From positions 711,068-775,067 of the forward strand of contig NW_005434671.1 of assembly GCF_000315625.1 (NCBI RefSeq): 64,000 bases of DNA, in the 5' to 3' direction. The translations under genes were made by a program, and so were the position numbers. Every line of letters begins with the position of its first letter. Position 1 is the first letter of the stretch. The notes below the pieces were generated by a model that did no database searches, was not told where the DNA came from, and was given only the letters and a program-made list of their open reading frames with translations. Positions 23,457 through 36,900 of the stretch are shown here, one piece after another. The DNA is from Guillardia theta CCMP2712 (lineage: Eukaryota > Protista > Cryptophyta).

Positions 23457-26400
23457 ATGGGTCGGGGCGAAAGAGGAGGCGAGCGGAGGGAACTAGGAGG
23501 AGGGTCGAGATGCTTGCTCGCAGTCATATCGCTGATGATCTTCTTGCACCCTGTCCGTGCGATCGAGCCGGTGGAAGTCACATCGCTGGCGAGTGAAGTC
23601 TCCATGTACCTCAAGGACCTCGTGTGCTCCTCCCTCAACCTCGGCAAGGACTGCGGGACCCCAGGAGTGAAGGACGCGTACGGAGTGCTCATGTCACCTG
23701 AAGGCAGCTATGGGGCGATGAGCGCAGATCCCGTCTCGACGCTGCTGGACGCAGACCTCTTGCCTCACATCACTTCGTACCTGGACGAAGTCACGACTGC
23801 CCTGGCGAAGATGCGTGACGACATGGAGCTGTACATGGCCGAGAGGCTCCGAGTGCCGAGTCTGCAGGAGGTGAACTACTCGGCTCTACCAGAGTACGAC
23901 TCGTCCCACCCACACTGGTTGGCAGACGCCGTGAGCACTTCCATTCAAGGAACAGAATTCTATGTCCCGGTGGTCCTCGCGAGCAATCTGCAGTTTCCCA
24001 AGAATCTCAACAGGGACGATAGGCAGGTCAAGCTCGCAGCGAACGCCTCCATCGGCCTCGACACGAACTTTATCGCTAACTTGGAGAACAACACCACACC
24101 AGGACAGATCTCCATGAGGTGGCAGAGGTTTACGAGCAAGACAGGCTTCACCCGCTCGTTTCCAGCAACTTTTGACAACTCCACGAGGGATCGGAGGTTT
24201 GACGCTTGGTACAGAGTTTGCACTCAGATACCCAAGAATGTTCTCATCATCCTCGACTTTTCTGAGAGTATGAGACTATCAAACAACTCGGAGATCGCCA
24301 AGCAAGTGGCATACACGATCCTAAAGTCTCTCACGCATCAAGACAATGTCAATGTTTACTTCATGGCTGGCTCGAACCCCGGCCTCCCGCCTTGCTTCCA
24401 GTCTTCCTTCTATCCTGCCACTGCAAAGAACATTGAGCAGCTGGTGGAACAAGTTGCGTCCGCTACGGTCCATGGCGGCGAGGATGTGGATAGAACTCTA
24501 TCATTTGCCTTCGAGATGGTAACGTCACACAATGACCTCGTATGTAAGGCAACGTCGCCTAGCCCTCAAAGTCCCTGTACAGGCCGCGACAGCTACATCT
24601 TCCTCATCAGTGACGGAGTCTTCAGTCAGTACACGCTTCCTCTACAGGAAATAGTCGCGCTGATGCCGTCCAACACTTACCTCATGGGGGTTGAGATTGG
24701 TCAGGGGCCCGGCGATTCGAAGATACACGAGTTCACATGTTTGCTTCGGGGGAAGTTCTTCAAAATAGAGACCATGTACTACATGTCAGAGATTCGCTCG
24801 ATGCTCGATGACTGGTTTCAGATGATCGCTGCGCCGATTGTCCGACAAAACTTGACCGACAAGGTCTCGCTGTCCCTCCCCACGCTCAGCAGCACTGGCG
24901 ACGAGATCTACATCACCATCTCGCTCCCCTGCTTCACAGACATCGCGTCCACCCTTCCTCGTCTTGTCGGGGCAGTGTCGATAGACCTCGCCTTCGCCTC
25001 GCAGAGCAAGACGTACACCAAGGCACTGTTCCCCTTCCTCGCCAGTCTGCGGCCAAAGTCAGCCGAAGGAGTGGCAGCGTTTGACAAGGGAGGGGAGTGG
25101 ACGATGATCTACAACAAGGGATATCCGGGGACCGTGCTATTAAATGCTCAGAAGGTAGCCACGTATGAGGCCACGATCCAGGGAAAGTCCAAACTATCGC
25201 AGCCGGGGAACGTCCTCATGTACGAGTACGAGGATGACGTGTTTGCGCGCTCCGGGTCTTTAAACCGTTTTGTCGAGCAGTACTCTGGAATGCAGACGAC
25301 GACTTCGCAGCGCTGCTTCGAGCTGTCGGACAGGTGGGACTTGTCTCCCCTCCGATGCCTCGACCAGCCGACATGGACGTTTGCATGGAAGCAGCTTGCG
25401 AAACTCCCGATCACAGTCGTCCTCAAGCTTCCTGGAGCCTTCGGGGCCTCAAACGTCTCTGTGCATCGCAAGATGCCCTTCGTGGGCTGGAAGAAATTCC
25501 CGACTGAGCTGACCCCAGCTGCTTCCTGCCAGCGTTTCGACAAGTACCCCCAGCTGCTGCATGAGTTGCTGGCGGTCAACTTCGTGCCTCAGGGAAGCTC
25601 GTCCAACATCGCCTGCTCGATCTCCAACGTGAAGTTCCCTCAGCCTCCTTCCTACCGGAGCAACATCGAGATGCCGACTGTCGCTGCAGACCCTGCCATG
25701 CGCAGTTGGATCGTCCTTCCCTTGACGGCCTACTCGGAGCCATGGGACATCATCGCTGGCAACGACAATCGTGACAGCTGGGCAGGAGCCGGCGGCCTGA
25801 GGTTGGAATGGCTGCAGGACATCGACTTCACTGGAGTGATTGACTTGCTGTGGAGGAAAAGCAACGTCTCCTCCTTGTTCAAGGATCCGTTGCAGGATTC
25901 TGTGCGGTTTGCGATAACGAGCCGAGGTCTGATGAGGTATCAAGCTAGGGGAGCTGTTGATGCCATCCAACAGAACCTTTCACTGCTCGAGTTGCAGTTC
26001 TTCTACCAGAGTGCTGTGGTTGCCAAAGAAAGAATCTCAATCTCTCCCCCGTCGCTTGCCTTCTTCTCCTCCCAAACCCGCCAGAGCCAATCGTACTCTG
26101 TGCTCTCAGTCGCGATCCCCTTTGCCGAGAACAGCAGCTCGTCGCTCAACTGGTCAAGCTCGGTGGTGGTCGGAGCTGAACTTCCCACGGCCCAGCTCAA
26201 GGCAATTCTGACAGAAAGGGCCCTCGATGGGAAGTGCTGGGAGAGGAGCACGTACAGATGCTTCCTCCTCAACTCGGTCGGAGTCGTCGTCGTCGACTCT
26301 CGACAGGCAGCAGGCAGCGTGCGGGACATGTCCTCGTGGCCGGAGGGGCTGAATTTTGTTTCAGACGTTGAGCCTGCGCTTGCTGAGGGCCTCGTCCGCT

Positions 26401-27724
26401 GCGGCTTCCTGCAGCCAAGGGATGATTCGAGGTATAACTCGCAAGGGAGCAGGAGCTCTGCCTATGAAGCCAACCGGGACATCCTGCCACTCGGCCCGCT
26501 GCTGCTCGTTGGCAGGACGCGAGGAGAATTTCACGTGCAGGAGGTGGCAGGAACGGATCTCTTCCTCGTCTTCGCCGACCTCACCCTGTCTGGTGACCTG
26601 GTCTCCGCGCAGTCCTGCGGGATCCTTTCCGACGTCTGCCCCTCGGCCGTGTACCCTCAGATATACGCTCCTTTGCCGAATCTCTGCCCCTTGGATGTTT
26701 CCTTCCAGAACACAACGTTCTTGCTCCTCCCTCCTGAACCTGTGGATCAAGACTTCCAGATGAGTGTGTTGAATTTCCTTCAGATCGCAGACTATTGCCC
26801 GGAGACTATCCCCTTCTGGCATCCCTACGTCATCACAGGAGCCTTGCTCCTCCTTCTCTTCGCCTTATATGTCGTCATGGCGTTGCAGCCAGATTCTTCG
26901 CTAGAGAGCAGCAGGAAGCTAGCATTGGCTAAGGAGCGACCTCGGTCCCTTTTCGACTTTACGTCCCCCTCGTCCCTCCAAACGATCGGCCAACGCTCTG
27001 GCATCGATCGGATCAAGGATGAAGTGCAGGCTGTCAGGGAAGAGGTGTCAAGCCTGATGCAGAGAGCGAGGGACATCGACGACTTTCAGCACGTGATTCA
27101 GCGACAGGATCGAGTCATCCAGCAGATCACCAAGTACGATCCTCTTGCTTCCTATCCCCGTTGACTTTGACTTTCAGCGCCAAGGCCTCGCTGAGCGACG
27201 CCATGCACCACGAGCTGCGGGGGGTGGCGAGCGAGCTCTGCAAGTACCGAGTACTGGCAGAGAACATCGGGAGGAGATGCGAGCACATCGAGAAGAACAG
27301 GCCGACCTTCTCGACCCTCCGCGTCTCCATGCTTGAAGCCGCCAACGCCGTCGCTTCCCTTGAGGTTCAACAACTCGCTGGTAGGTGGGGGGGGATGAAT
27401 CACTCAAATCTGTGCAGAAACAACTGGCAGACCTCGAGCTCCCCTCCGTCTACGTCGTTGAGAGCTCGAAGCCGGACCTCGCTGAGAATGTCTGACGCTT
27501 GTCCTGCATGCACCCGCGTCTCTGACCAGTCGCGCAGAAGTCCGAGGCTCTCAAAGACGAGCAAGACTTCTACAGGGCGCACTATCCTCACCTCATCCAG
27601 GTGCGTAGCTCCCTCCCTCCCCCTCGGGGATGACATTATCGCAGTACTCCAACCTCCAGCCTTCAATCACGTTGAACACCGCGAGGTCCTCCTCGCGTGC
27701 CCCGACATCCCGGCGAGAACGGTG
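23457..27724 (+). CDS. vWA + Cache domain type-I membrane protein (Ca-channel alpha2delta/CACHD1-like)
   Basis: Signal peptide (CLLAVISLMIFLHPVRA), WQRFTSKTGFTRSFPA...DRRFDAWY, vWA MIDAS PKNVLIILDFSESM, FLISDG, LVGAVSIDL, CFLLNSVGVVV, TM helix VITGALLLLLFALYVVMAL and a coiled-coil tail. 3' exons are approximate. Confidence 0.8.
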
Positions 27725-30279
27725 AAGGTTGACCCCCGTCTGTAAATTTTCTGTTTTCATGTCGCCGAGCGACAAGTTTGTTTCATTACAAGATCGATAA
27801 GCACGTTAACTTCCATCCGATGTTCTGCTACAAGAATGCAGAAATGTCGACTACATATCACATCCCACCGACCCACAGCTTCTGCTCCTCCACGATCCGG
27901 AGAAGGGGGATCGGGACAAATTTACCGTGAGTAAACGTTCGGAAGAGCCGATTCAGGATGTTTCAGGCTTTCCCACTCTCCTGCAACGCGGTCAGCTGCG
28001 AGACAGGAGCAAACTTCTCCTACTGGAAGGGTTCGCAATTGGAATCGACTTGATCGTCTTGTCGAACGGCGTGTCTTCGTACGCCTTACCCATCACTGGC
28101 TCATCGGCAACGTATTGCTGCAGCGACTAGTCAGCATTGCGATCTCCCTCCTCTCTCTCTTCCCACTTCCCACTCCTCTCAGCCCCTTTCCCGCTCCCCT
28201 CCCCTCCCCTCTCCTCTCTCTCTTGCCTTGAAAGGCTTTCCCGTCACGTGCTCGCCGATTTGCACCACTTGATCGAAATCAAACCCTCCGTCAGAGTCGC
28301 CCAGCGACTGACCAGAGTCCATCAGGCTAGAAGCATCGGCTCGCTCCCCTCCTCACCTGCAGCCTTGCCTGCTTTGCTGCTCGCACGTTCCACGTGTCCC
28401 CCTGCGGTTGCGGATCGCCTGACCCGTCGAGAGGGAGAGGGGGCCCCCGGGTCTCGCATCCCCCAATGCACAGCTCTGTCCTCCCTGATCCCATGAGGAG
28501 CATCGAGACCGCCATGGTTGACCCGAGAACGCACAGCAGAGCCTGGCGTCACACAAGCTCTGCTGTCAGTCTTGGGAGAAGTGCGAGGAGAGCAGGTTAC
28601 CATACGGTCCCGCAGAGAGCTCTTCATTCTTGGACCCGGCAGAGAGTGTCTGGAACTTGGTTACAGCAGGTTTCAGCATCACGAGCGTCAGCCGACAGCA
28701 GACTCTCACTCCTCCTTCCTTTTTTCTTGTCCTGTCCTGCACTGAACTCGCCTCGCCTTATAATGTTTCCGATCCTTGAACCTGTCTCCTCCTTTCAACA
28801 CTCATTTCCCCACCGGCATCTTACATCCTCCGACTTCCTGCTTCCTCTTCCTCCATCTCGTCAATCTTCTTCTACGCCTGTTGTTCTCTTGTTCTCTTTG
28901 GCCTTCTCTTCTGCACATCTCCTATTCCTTTGCTCCTTCCCTGGCAAACATTTTCATGGCCTTTCGCCAAATTACCGTTACAAATTGTAACGTGGACTCA
29001 CAAAGAGGAGCCGCCCTGGCCATGGCGCAGTACAAAACGTGCCCCCCCCCCTCTCTCTCCTTCTCCGTCCAGCGTCCCCCCCTCCTCTCCCTCTGCCTCT
29101 CCCCCTCTCTCTCCCTGCTCTCCCTCCCTCCCACCTTTGACTCATTTCGTCTTCAACAGCAGCAGATACGATGGAGACGAGCACCTCTGCCCCTCACTGC
29201 CCACAAAAGGAATCTTGAAGCATGCGTCAACCCACGAGGAAGTGAGTCTGGTGGAGTGCGTTGCCCTATAGTATGGAAAAACTTTGCCTTGCCTGCACGT
29301 ATCCTTCAGGCAAACAGAGAAAGGAGGGGAGGGGAGGAGGGAAGGAAGTGATGGGAGAGGAGAAGGGAGGCGAGGGCGACTTGCTGCTGGACCGCTGGCG
29401 AGGTCTAGGTTAAATCTCTTGACAGGAGATCAGAAGAAAACGAATAAGTTGAAGCCCTGAGGAAACAGTGGTCCCAATGTGTCAGCCGAAGAATGATCAG
29501 ACACCTGTTGGCCTGAAGATGTCGTGACGACATCATCTCAAGTCAATGTGCAGCGGTCCTAGGCCCTGACTTGGAGCTGCCGCGAAGTCAGAGAAGAACT
29601 GGACTGTACTGACCGAACACGGTGTAGAACGAAGACCGATGAATGCACGTTACCTCCGGTCGAAGCTTGAAATGCGGTGGCCACACAATGTGTAAATTCG
29701 GATCACACGAGGGCTTAGCCTGACGATGAACGACGAGCGACGAATTACTGGACAAGCCATTGCTGACCAAGTAAGGTGATAGGATTAGCAGGATAAGAGA
29801 TCAAACGCCGATTATCCGAAGGAAGGGAGGAGCAGCCGGGACCACGAGCGTGGACACAGGATGATGGTAGAAGAAAAGTGTTATGATGTAACAAGAAGGT
29901 AGAATGAATCAGGAAGATATAATTAGGAAGGAAGATCAACTACCGACGTATGTTTTTTGTTTAGGAAGATATGAATTCGTCGGCAGATGAGGTGCTTGAC
30001 ATTTTGAGTGATTGAGGGAAGGCGGATTTGTCCATTATACTTTTTGTACTGACTCAGTAAATCGAACTTCGGAAGCTATGCGTAAATTGTGTCCTATAAC
30101 CGCTGAATCATCCTGCTCTTGCAACAGGCTTTTGGAGCGATCCAACGTGTCACTGATGTCCTTAGGACTGATCAGTGACGGATCACAAGTTCGGCCAGCC
30201 AACACGGTGACCGCGGCGCGCCGGGCCGGCACTTGTCACAGTCACTGACTCTGTGAGTGGCCGCCCGGCCGGGCCGGCA

Positions 30280-30395
30280 GGGCAATCATCAATTTCCAGT
30301 CAACAAAATTTTGGGGCAATCATTTTCCAATCAACAAAATTTTGGGGTAATCATTTTCCAATCATCTTTTTAACAGTGTAATCATTTTCCAAGCA
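30280..30395 (+). repeat. 31-bp tandem repeat (ggggcaatcattttccaatcaacaaaatttt), about 3.5 degenerate copies
   Basis: Directly visible, about 170 bp upstream of the ATG at 30568. Confidence 0.8.
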
Positions 30396-30567
30396 AAACT
30401 CCCCGACATGACTCGTATTTTTTAGTCAAGGAGATAAAAACGCATTGAAGCAAAACTTCCGTTACGAGGAATCAACGGATATTTTCCCGCCTTTTTTTTA
30501 CCCCCCACCCCTCTAAATCCCTGATGAGGTACCCGGGGTAGCATCCTCAGCCCACAAACTTTCTACC

Positions 30568-32120
30568 ATGGAGAAAGCGGCGGGGGGAGAAGCAGGAGTA
30601 GGAGTTGAAAGCAGACTGGAGGCTCTGGGTAGACAGCTGGAAGCTCTCAAGCTAGACAGCGACAAGAGGCTGCTAGCCTTGGAGGAACACTATGAGAAAT
30701 CAGACAACAGGATTCGAGCCTTAGAGGAAGACTACAGGCGCTTACAGGAAGAGAACAAGATTCGAGACCTACAGGAAGACTACAGGCGCGTACAGGAAAA
30801 CTACAGGCGCCAGAAACTCAGCATGAAAGTAGCGTGCAATCTACGATTTGGTTACTTCGACGACCTTTGCTCTACTTTTGTCCAGCTTCCAAAGGCTCCT
30901 GCAGTATTTCGGCAAAACAAATGTCTGGCTTTTGAACAGCTCGCGCAGGACTTACCCGCCGATAAAGATTGCAATAAGGGACATATCACTGAGGAGAAAG
31001 CTTTTGACCTGGAGGGCTGTAAAGTTAACTCAGACTTGATCGAGCGATCGCACTTGGTCCCAAACAGTGCTACATGTCGAATCGACTGGGGGGTTATTGT
31101 GCAGAATGCCCTTCCAGAGGGCTTGCGTTCAGATGAAGTTGCTAAAAAGGTTTTGTTTGGGTGTTCTGATCAGGACAAACACATACCAGGCATTGCGGAC
31201 CTTCCTTTCAACTTCATCTACCTTGGTGGCCAACGAGAACATCTAGACAGCAAAGCGGCTCTAATGTTGCTTCCACTCCTATCTCCTCAGCAGCAATTCG
31301 AGTGGAAAGGCGAAGGGTACAAAGCGATTTTGATCGGTGCACAAGGAACAGTTTACAAGCAGACGTATTTTAAACTTGATACGAAAGCTGTTCTGAAGAA
31401 CTCAGAGTACGAACCGTGCCAACATCATGTGGACGAGGAGTCTCTCGTCAAGGAAATCTGCCGTCCGATGAGGCAGAACTATTTGCTGCCCACGTTGTAT
31501 CAAGGTACTGTAGCATTGAATGTGTTGACCAATGACATCCGACATCGGTCCTAGATGACAGGGAGGTGCTAGATCAGTCCCTACAGCACATTGAAACTCT
31601 TTACAAGGACGTTTGTTTGATTCAGTGCGAAGCTCCAAAAAGTCTCAAACAATTGCTGCAAGATGGCGGATTCTGGAACCAAGACTCCAAGCGTTTCAAT
31701 CTCACAAAAGTCTCAGGGTTCGATGATCTCAGGGATAAACTTAGAAACGAGAAGAAGGTCAAGGCTTTCAAGGGACTTAAGTCTGAAACTGGGCAGCCAG
31801 TGGCGGAAGCACTGCCATGTTTTCGCGTGATCACGTTCAAAGGAGACAGTCAGGAAGAGCAAGATTTAGAGCTTCACACGGCTCCACACCCTCTTCTTCT
31901 CTCGCTTCGCTCGATGAACGCAATCACGAATCACTTTTACGGAGACTTGCCAAATGGGAGATCAAGTTTGCTTCTTATGTCCTGTTACGGCGGCCTGGAG
32001 GAAGGGATGGCATTCGATTGTGAACAATGCTTGCGAAACGCGTTTGGAGAAGAATACGACCCGAAAGAGAAGTACGTCATGGGACCTCATGGCCCTGAGA
32101 TTCTGTCTTGCGACGGGTAA
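30568..32120 (+). CDS. Coiled-coil + HNH-like endonuclease-fold protein (intron 31505-31554)
   Basis: N-terminal heptad repeats (IRALEEDYRRLQEE/IRDLQEDYRRVQE), ERSHLVP...FNFIYL...EHLD...LLPL, and APHPLLL. The intron G|gtactg...ctag|AT joins the two ORFs in frame. Confidence 0.6.
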
Positions 32121-32735
32121 TCCCGTCCAAGGTGCCGCAATGACTCCAGAAAACAGTCCGGAGGCGTTACTGTATGCGGCCGAGCGTCAGTGTGGATCGA
32201 ATACCAGCGTGTCTCCCAATACAAGTCAAGAGTCGGAATATAGCGCCGCGAGTACTGTCCAAAGGGGCCTTTTTGGAGACTGAAAGAGTGATCAGTGAAG
32301 TTACTAGTAAAAGGCTCAAAGCCGGCGCGGATTGTTTTGATTTCCGACAAACTCGGAACTTTCCATGATTTCCGACAGACTCGGGCTTTGAAAAATTACT
32401 TCATCAATGTAGTCGTGCACGAGCTGTTTTGGCGCAGCGTGACCGCTTGGGCGTAGGATGTATGGCAGCCATGATTCTCTCCCTCACCCGGCTGGGGGAG
32501 GGGGGCGGGGATCACAGTGAGCAGCTTGTTCCGGTGAGTCAGCAACGATGCTTGTAGAGACTCCTGTACATTCAGTGTCATGTTACACTCCTCACATGGG
32601 CCCCAGTGGTCCCATCACAGTCAAAACATGTTCTTTCAAAGATATGAGAAATGTCATTGAATTCGTGCCCTGACATCCTAATTCAATACATCAATGTACT
32701 AGTCTGCTCGCAATCAAGTCGAGATCAGCGTCCCG

Positions 32736-33791
32736 ATCAGCCACGGCGCTCAACTCTTGTAGTTGTGGACTGTGACGACAACAGCTCAAGCTATTCCGCC
32801 TCCGGAGGGGCAGGGGATACGGTGTAGAATACTTGCTGCAGCATCATCTGCTGCATCTCTATCTCCTTCATCCTCACCTCAAGCTCCATCTTCCGCAGCT
32901 CACGTTCCTGTCTCCTCTCCTGCAGGCGACTCAGAGACCCCCTCCTCCCCTGTGCAAGGACACGATGCTTACCTCGAGCTCCAACTTGCGGATCTCCCGA
33001 TCCTCCTTCCTTCCCTGCAGCTCCCGCATCATGTAGTTGGTGATGAAGGTCCATTCTTCGTTGTCCGACATTCGCACTGCCGTGCTGCTCCTCTTGGCCG
33101 TATCGCCGTGAGTTTGAGCCTTGGAGGACGAGGGAGGAGCAGCCGACTCGTCGTTGGAGTCCTCCGAGCCGTGTTGGGCTTCCTGGGCGCTCGCCATTTC
33201 CAGCTTCCTCTTGCGGATGCGCTGCATCGCCATCTCCAAGGCCGGGAAGTTTTCGGTCTGCGGCTCTCGCTTCTTCTGCTTCGACAGGGTGTAGTCGTCC
33301 AGCCGCTCCACCACCTCGTGCCACACCAACTCCCACTGCATGGAAGGGTCGGTCGAGCCTCGCACCACGTCTGGCGGGTACGTGTTCCCTTGTATCTGGC
33401 GGACTCGGAACTTGCGTATCATCTCATCGAACTTGCTCTTGATCGTCTTCCAGGACATGGAGCCGAAGATCTCGTCCTCTGCTGTCAGCTGGTGCTTCAG
33501 GCGGCACCACTGCTGTACCTGCCCCTCAGAGGAGTGATCGGGTTGACGGAGCCACGCCTTGGCGACCTTGAGCACAAGAGATCGCATCTTCTCGTCGTCC
33601 TTCGGCCAGTGGGTCCGCTTCTGCCGCTGCTGCTGGTTCGCTTCCTTTCCATCCGCCTGGCTGTCGGCATTGTCAAGCACGTCCTGGTCGTCCCCGTCGT
33701 TGTGCGCTCCATCAGCCGCCATGTCCCTCCCGCTGTCCTTCATCTGATGATCCATTTCCTGCTCGTCCACCTTCGCCGCCCCTGCCATCAT
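32736..33791 (-). CDS. Myb/SANT-like (trihelix/MADF-type) DNA-binding protein with C-terminal coiled coil
   Basis: HWPKDDEKMRSLVL...QQWCRLKHQL...SWKTIKSKFDEMIRKFR, then ERELRKMELEVRMKEIEMQQ after introns. Confidence 0.65.
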
Positions 33792-33949
33792 CCCCGCACC
33801 CCCCAGGCTCGCCCGCACGTCAAATGCTGGCGCGACATTGCCGTGGGTCTGCACCAGTCTGAGGCGGGGTTGAACTACCCGGGGTGGAAGGGAGGGAGGA
33901 ATTTGCTGCACAGTGGCAGCGCAAGGGAGGGCGCGAGCATGGCGGCAGC

Positions 33950-36900
33950 ATGCTGGTCGTTGTGGATGTTGGGTATGAGAGGTAGAACGTTTCTTCGATA
34001 TTCTCCAGACAATCTTGTCCTTAGCCGAGCATGACTGAACGAGCCGCCGGCTGACAGTGAAGGACATCAAGACTTGATCGTTTCTCAGCTTGGTGAAATC
34101 CTCCGCAATTGTGGACGTCGTTGCTGGGCTTCGTAGAAGAGATTTGGGTAGATGAGTGCTGCAAGGATGCTGCAGGACTTACAGATCAAGACGACAGAGA
34201 CGAGCTCAGTGCCTTTGATCAGGTAGGATCCTCATCATCTTCCTTCCGATACCCTCCCCTCCTCGTTATCCTCGTTCTCATCGTTCTCCTCCTCTCCACC
34301 TCCTTCTCTGTCCTCCTCCCTCATGATCAAGGCCATGTCTTTTGGGTTCATGACTTGCTCTCAGCCGGTCGAGGTCGCAGGACTTCCCTCCAGGGAAGGG
34401 GATCGCGGTGCTGCTATCATCGAGACGGAAGGACCTGGCAGCGTTGATGCAGGCCTTGGACGTGCCGAACCTTTACGTGGAGGACGATCGCTGTGAGCAG
34501 GGGGTCTGCCATGAGGACCTTAGTGCTTCATGGTTGTCGATCAGAGGGTACCTCAGGCGCTGGTCTAAGGGGGCGGAGGGCGATGAGCTCTGCCGTTCGA
34601 TTGTCCTCTCCTGTCTGAGCGCGTTCTCCGAGAACGAGCAATCACGATCGAAGAGAGCGTTCCTGCTCCTGACAGCCCTGGTCTCCGACCCCAACACCCA
34701 GCCGGCCTGTTGTGCCATATTCTCCCACCTCCTGCAAGGGGAAGATAAGACTAACAAGCTCCGGGTGTGCAGTTTTGTCTTCGAGCTGTTTGCTGCGAGG
34801 GTCTTTGGGGACGACTGCCTCCACCCGATCCAATCTCAGAGGAGGAGAGGCCACTGCAGCCTGAGTGCCCTGCAGCGGGCAAGAGCAGCGACGAGAAACG
34901 CTCTAGAGCTGGTTTTCCCGATGGAATCGCTCCTGGTCGAGATTGCGAGGAGGGAGGCTCGGCACCTGGATGACGACCCCAAGTTCAAGCCGATGCCCAC
35001 CCTTCTCACCACCATGTCAGCTGATTGCTGGTAAGTCCCCAGATGACGTGGTAGCAGCTCACCTTCTCTCAGCATCTTCAACTACGTGGCGCTAGGGCAG
35101 CTGTACCTGTCGGAAGAAGGAGGGGAGGAGGAAGAGACCTCGGACGAGGAGGGACGTGCCCCAGCCTCGGAGCTTTTCTCATGGTCAAGGCTCGAGAGCA
35201 TGTTGAACAACATGATCGCTGTGTTGGACAGGTTGGAAGTCTGGTTTTCATCACGCAAAGATTTGCTGGTTGCCGTCGTTAGAGTCACCAGGAAGAGAAT
35301 TACTGATTGCCGGAAGACATACGAGCAGATTGCAATTTATGACCATCTCAATCACATTCCAGAGGAAGAGAAATCGATCAGACAGTACGGCGATGAGCTG
35401 ATGAGGGTGGTTTGGTATCAATGGGCCTCGACAGGTCGGAACTTCATTCAGAACTACAAAATGCCTTCAGAGGAGTTGAAGGTGAGACGTATCCTTTTGG
35501 ATCTTCTCTGCAAGGCGTATGGATGTTCTTAGGGCCTGTTTGGTTTCTGATCTTGAGTTGCTTTTGGTCCATCAATTTCTGTCTTTGTCTATCTAAGATG
35601 GAGACGATGTTTCTGTTCAGCTGACCTACATTGCATCTTCAGGAAGAAATCGACAAGCTGATTAACCTGCTGCCCACACAAGTGATTGCCATGGGAGCAG
35701 AGGAGAAGCAGCTTAGCTCGAATGCTTGTTCCTACGCCCTTATGTCCATCTGCCTGCTGCTTTCTCGCTGCAAGAGTAAGCTCGCTGCCGCCATCCTAGA
35801 CCACAAGAGCTCCGTGCTCTTCCCGCGCCTGATGGAGGCCTTGCACTTCAACGACGACGAGATCTCCCAGCTCTCTACGGCTCTCTTTGGAGAGATCCTA
35901 GCGTCAATCGCGAACGAGAAGACGATCTTCGATATGGTCCCTCCCCTCCTTTCCCTCCTCGATGAAGACGACGCAAGCTCGGGGGCCGCGTGCGGACTCA
36001 TCGCTCGAGCGTGCGTGTCTGCCAACAGTGAGGTTGCCCAAACCTCCATCCTCTCGGAAGTTCTCAGGGCTGTCGATAGCGAAGGCAGAGTGAGGCGAGC
36101 CAACGGCCTGCGGGTGTGTACCTCCCTCCCCCTTCCCTTCCCCTTCTGCCTCGTTGACGTTTCGTCCCCCCCTGTCAGACGCTGCAGGAGGTGGTGAACC
36201 TGAAGAAGTCCGTCATCACCGACAAGGGCCGAGAGCAGAGCAGAGCCACGAGCCATGTCCTCTTCAAAGCAATCTGCAAGGCCCTCTTGGACCGGCTGGG
36301 AGACGAGGAGCTCACGACCAGGTCCTCCTCCTCCTCCTCCCCCTCCCCCCCTTCAGTGCTTCCCCTGCTCACTCGCGGCAAGGTGCAAGTCAGCGAAGCT
36401 ACTCGCCTTCAGCGAGCCTGCATCTATTCTCCCCATCCTCTGCCGGAGGCTGTACGACCGCGATGATCGAGTGAGGTCGGCTGCCGAGCTGGCACTCGTG
36501 ACGGTTCTTGCGGGTCTTCTCCCACCCTCTCCTCCCTCTTGCTGTTTCTGATCCTGCTCGCACAGAAGGAGAGGACCCCGAGCAGGCTGCCCGCGCGTTC
36601 TTGGATATCCTTCGCCTCCCCTTCGCCTCTCTTGGGGAACCCTCTGATCAGACCCCGGTGCATCCTGGTGACATCAAGCCGTCAGTGGCTGCCCCAGCCG
36701 GGAGGGAGACGGAGAACGATTGGCCGGAGAGAGCGCTCCGTCAGTGGAGCAAGTGGGCCGAGGGTGTTCCAGACGCACTCTGGCGGGGCTCGCTGCTCCC
36801 CGTGATCCTCTCCAAGACTTTTGGAGCGCCTCGGGATCACGTCCTTGTTCAGGTCTGCTGGTTGAAGACAGCAGGCTGCCAGCCCACTGATGATGTGGCA

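Noticed and set aside
27900-29950. Possible gene between the alpha2delta-like and HNH-like genes
   Set aside because: Only low-complexity ORFs. I could not assemble a consistent spliced frame; it may be UTR or non-coding.
30280-30395. CRISPR-like array
   Set aside because: The repeats are contiguous with no unique spacers, there are no cas genes, and the context is eukaryotic.
30280-32670. Second MULE starting GGGCAATC at 30280
   Set aside because: I found no matching inverted terminus with a TSD. The candidate gtgccc at about 32670 and attgccc at about 47378 have non-matching flanks.
32763-34034. 423-aa plus-strand ORF (and similar antisense ORFs over EDRF1, RUVBL2 and MSH6)
   Set aside because: Antisense shadows of GC3-rich real genes.
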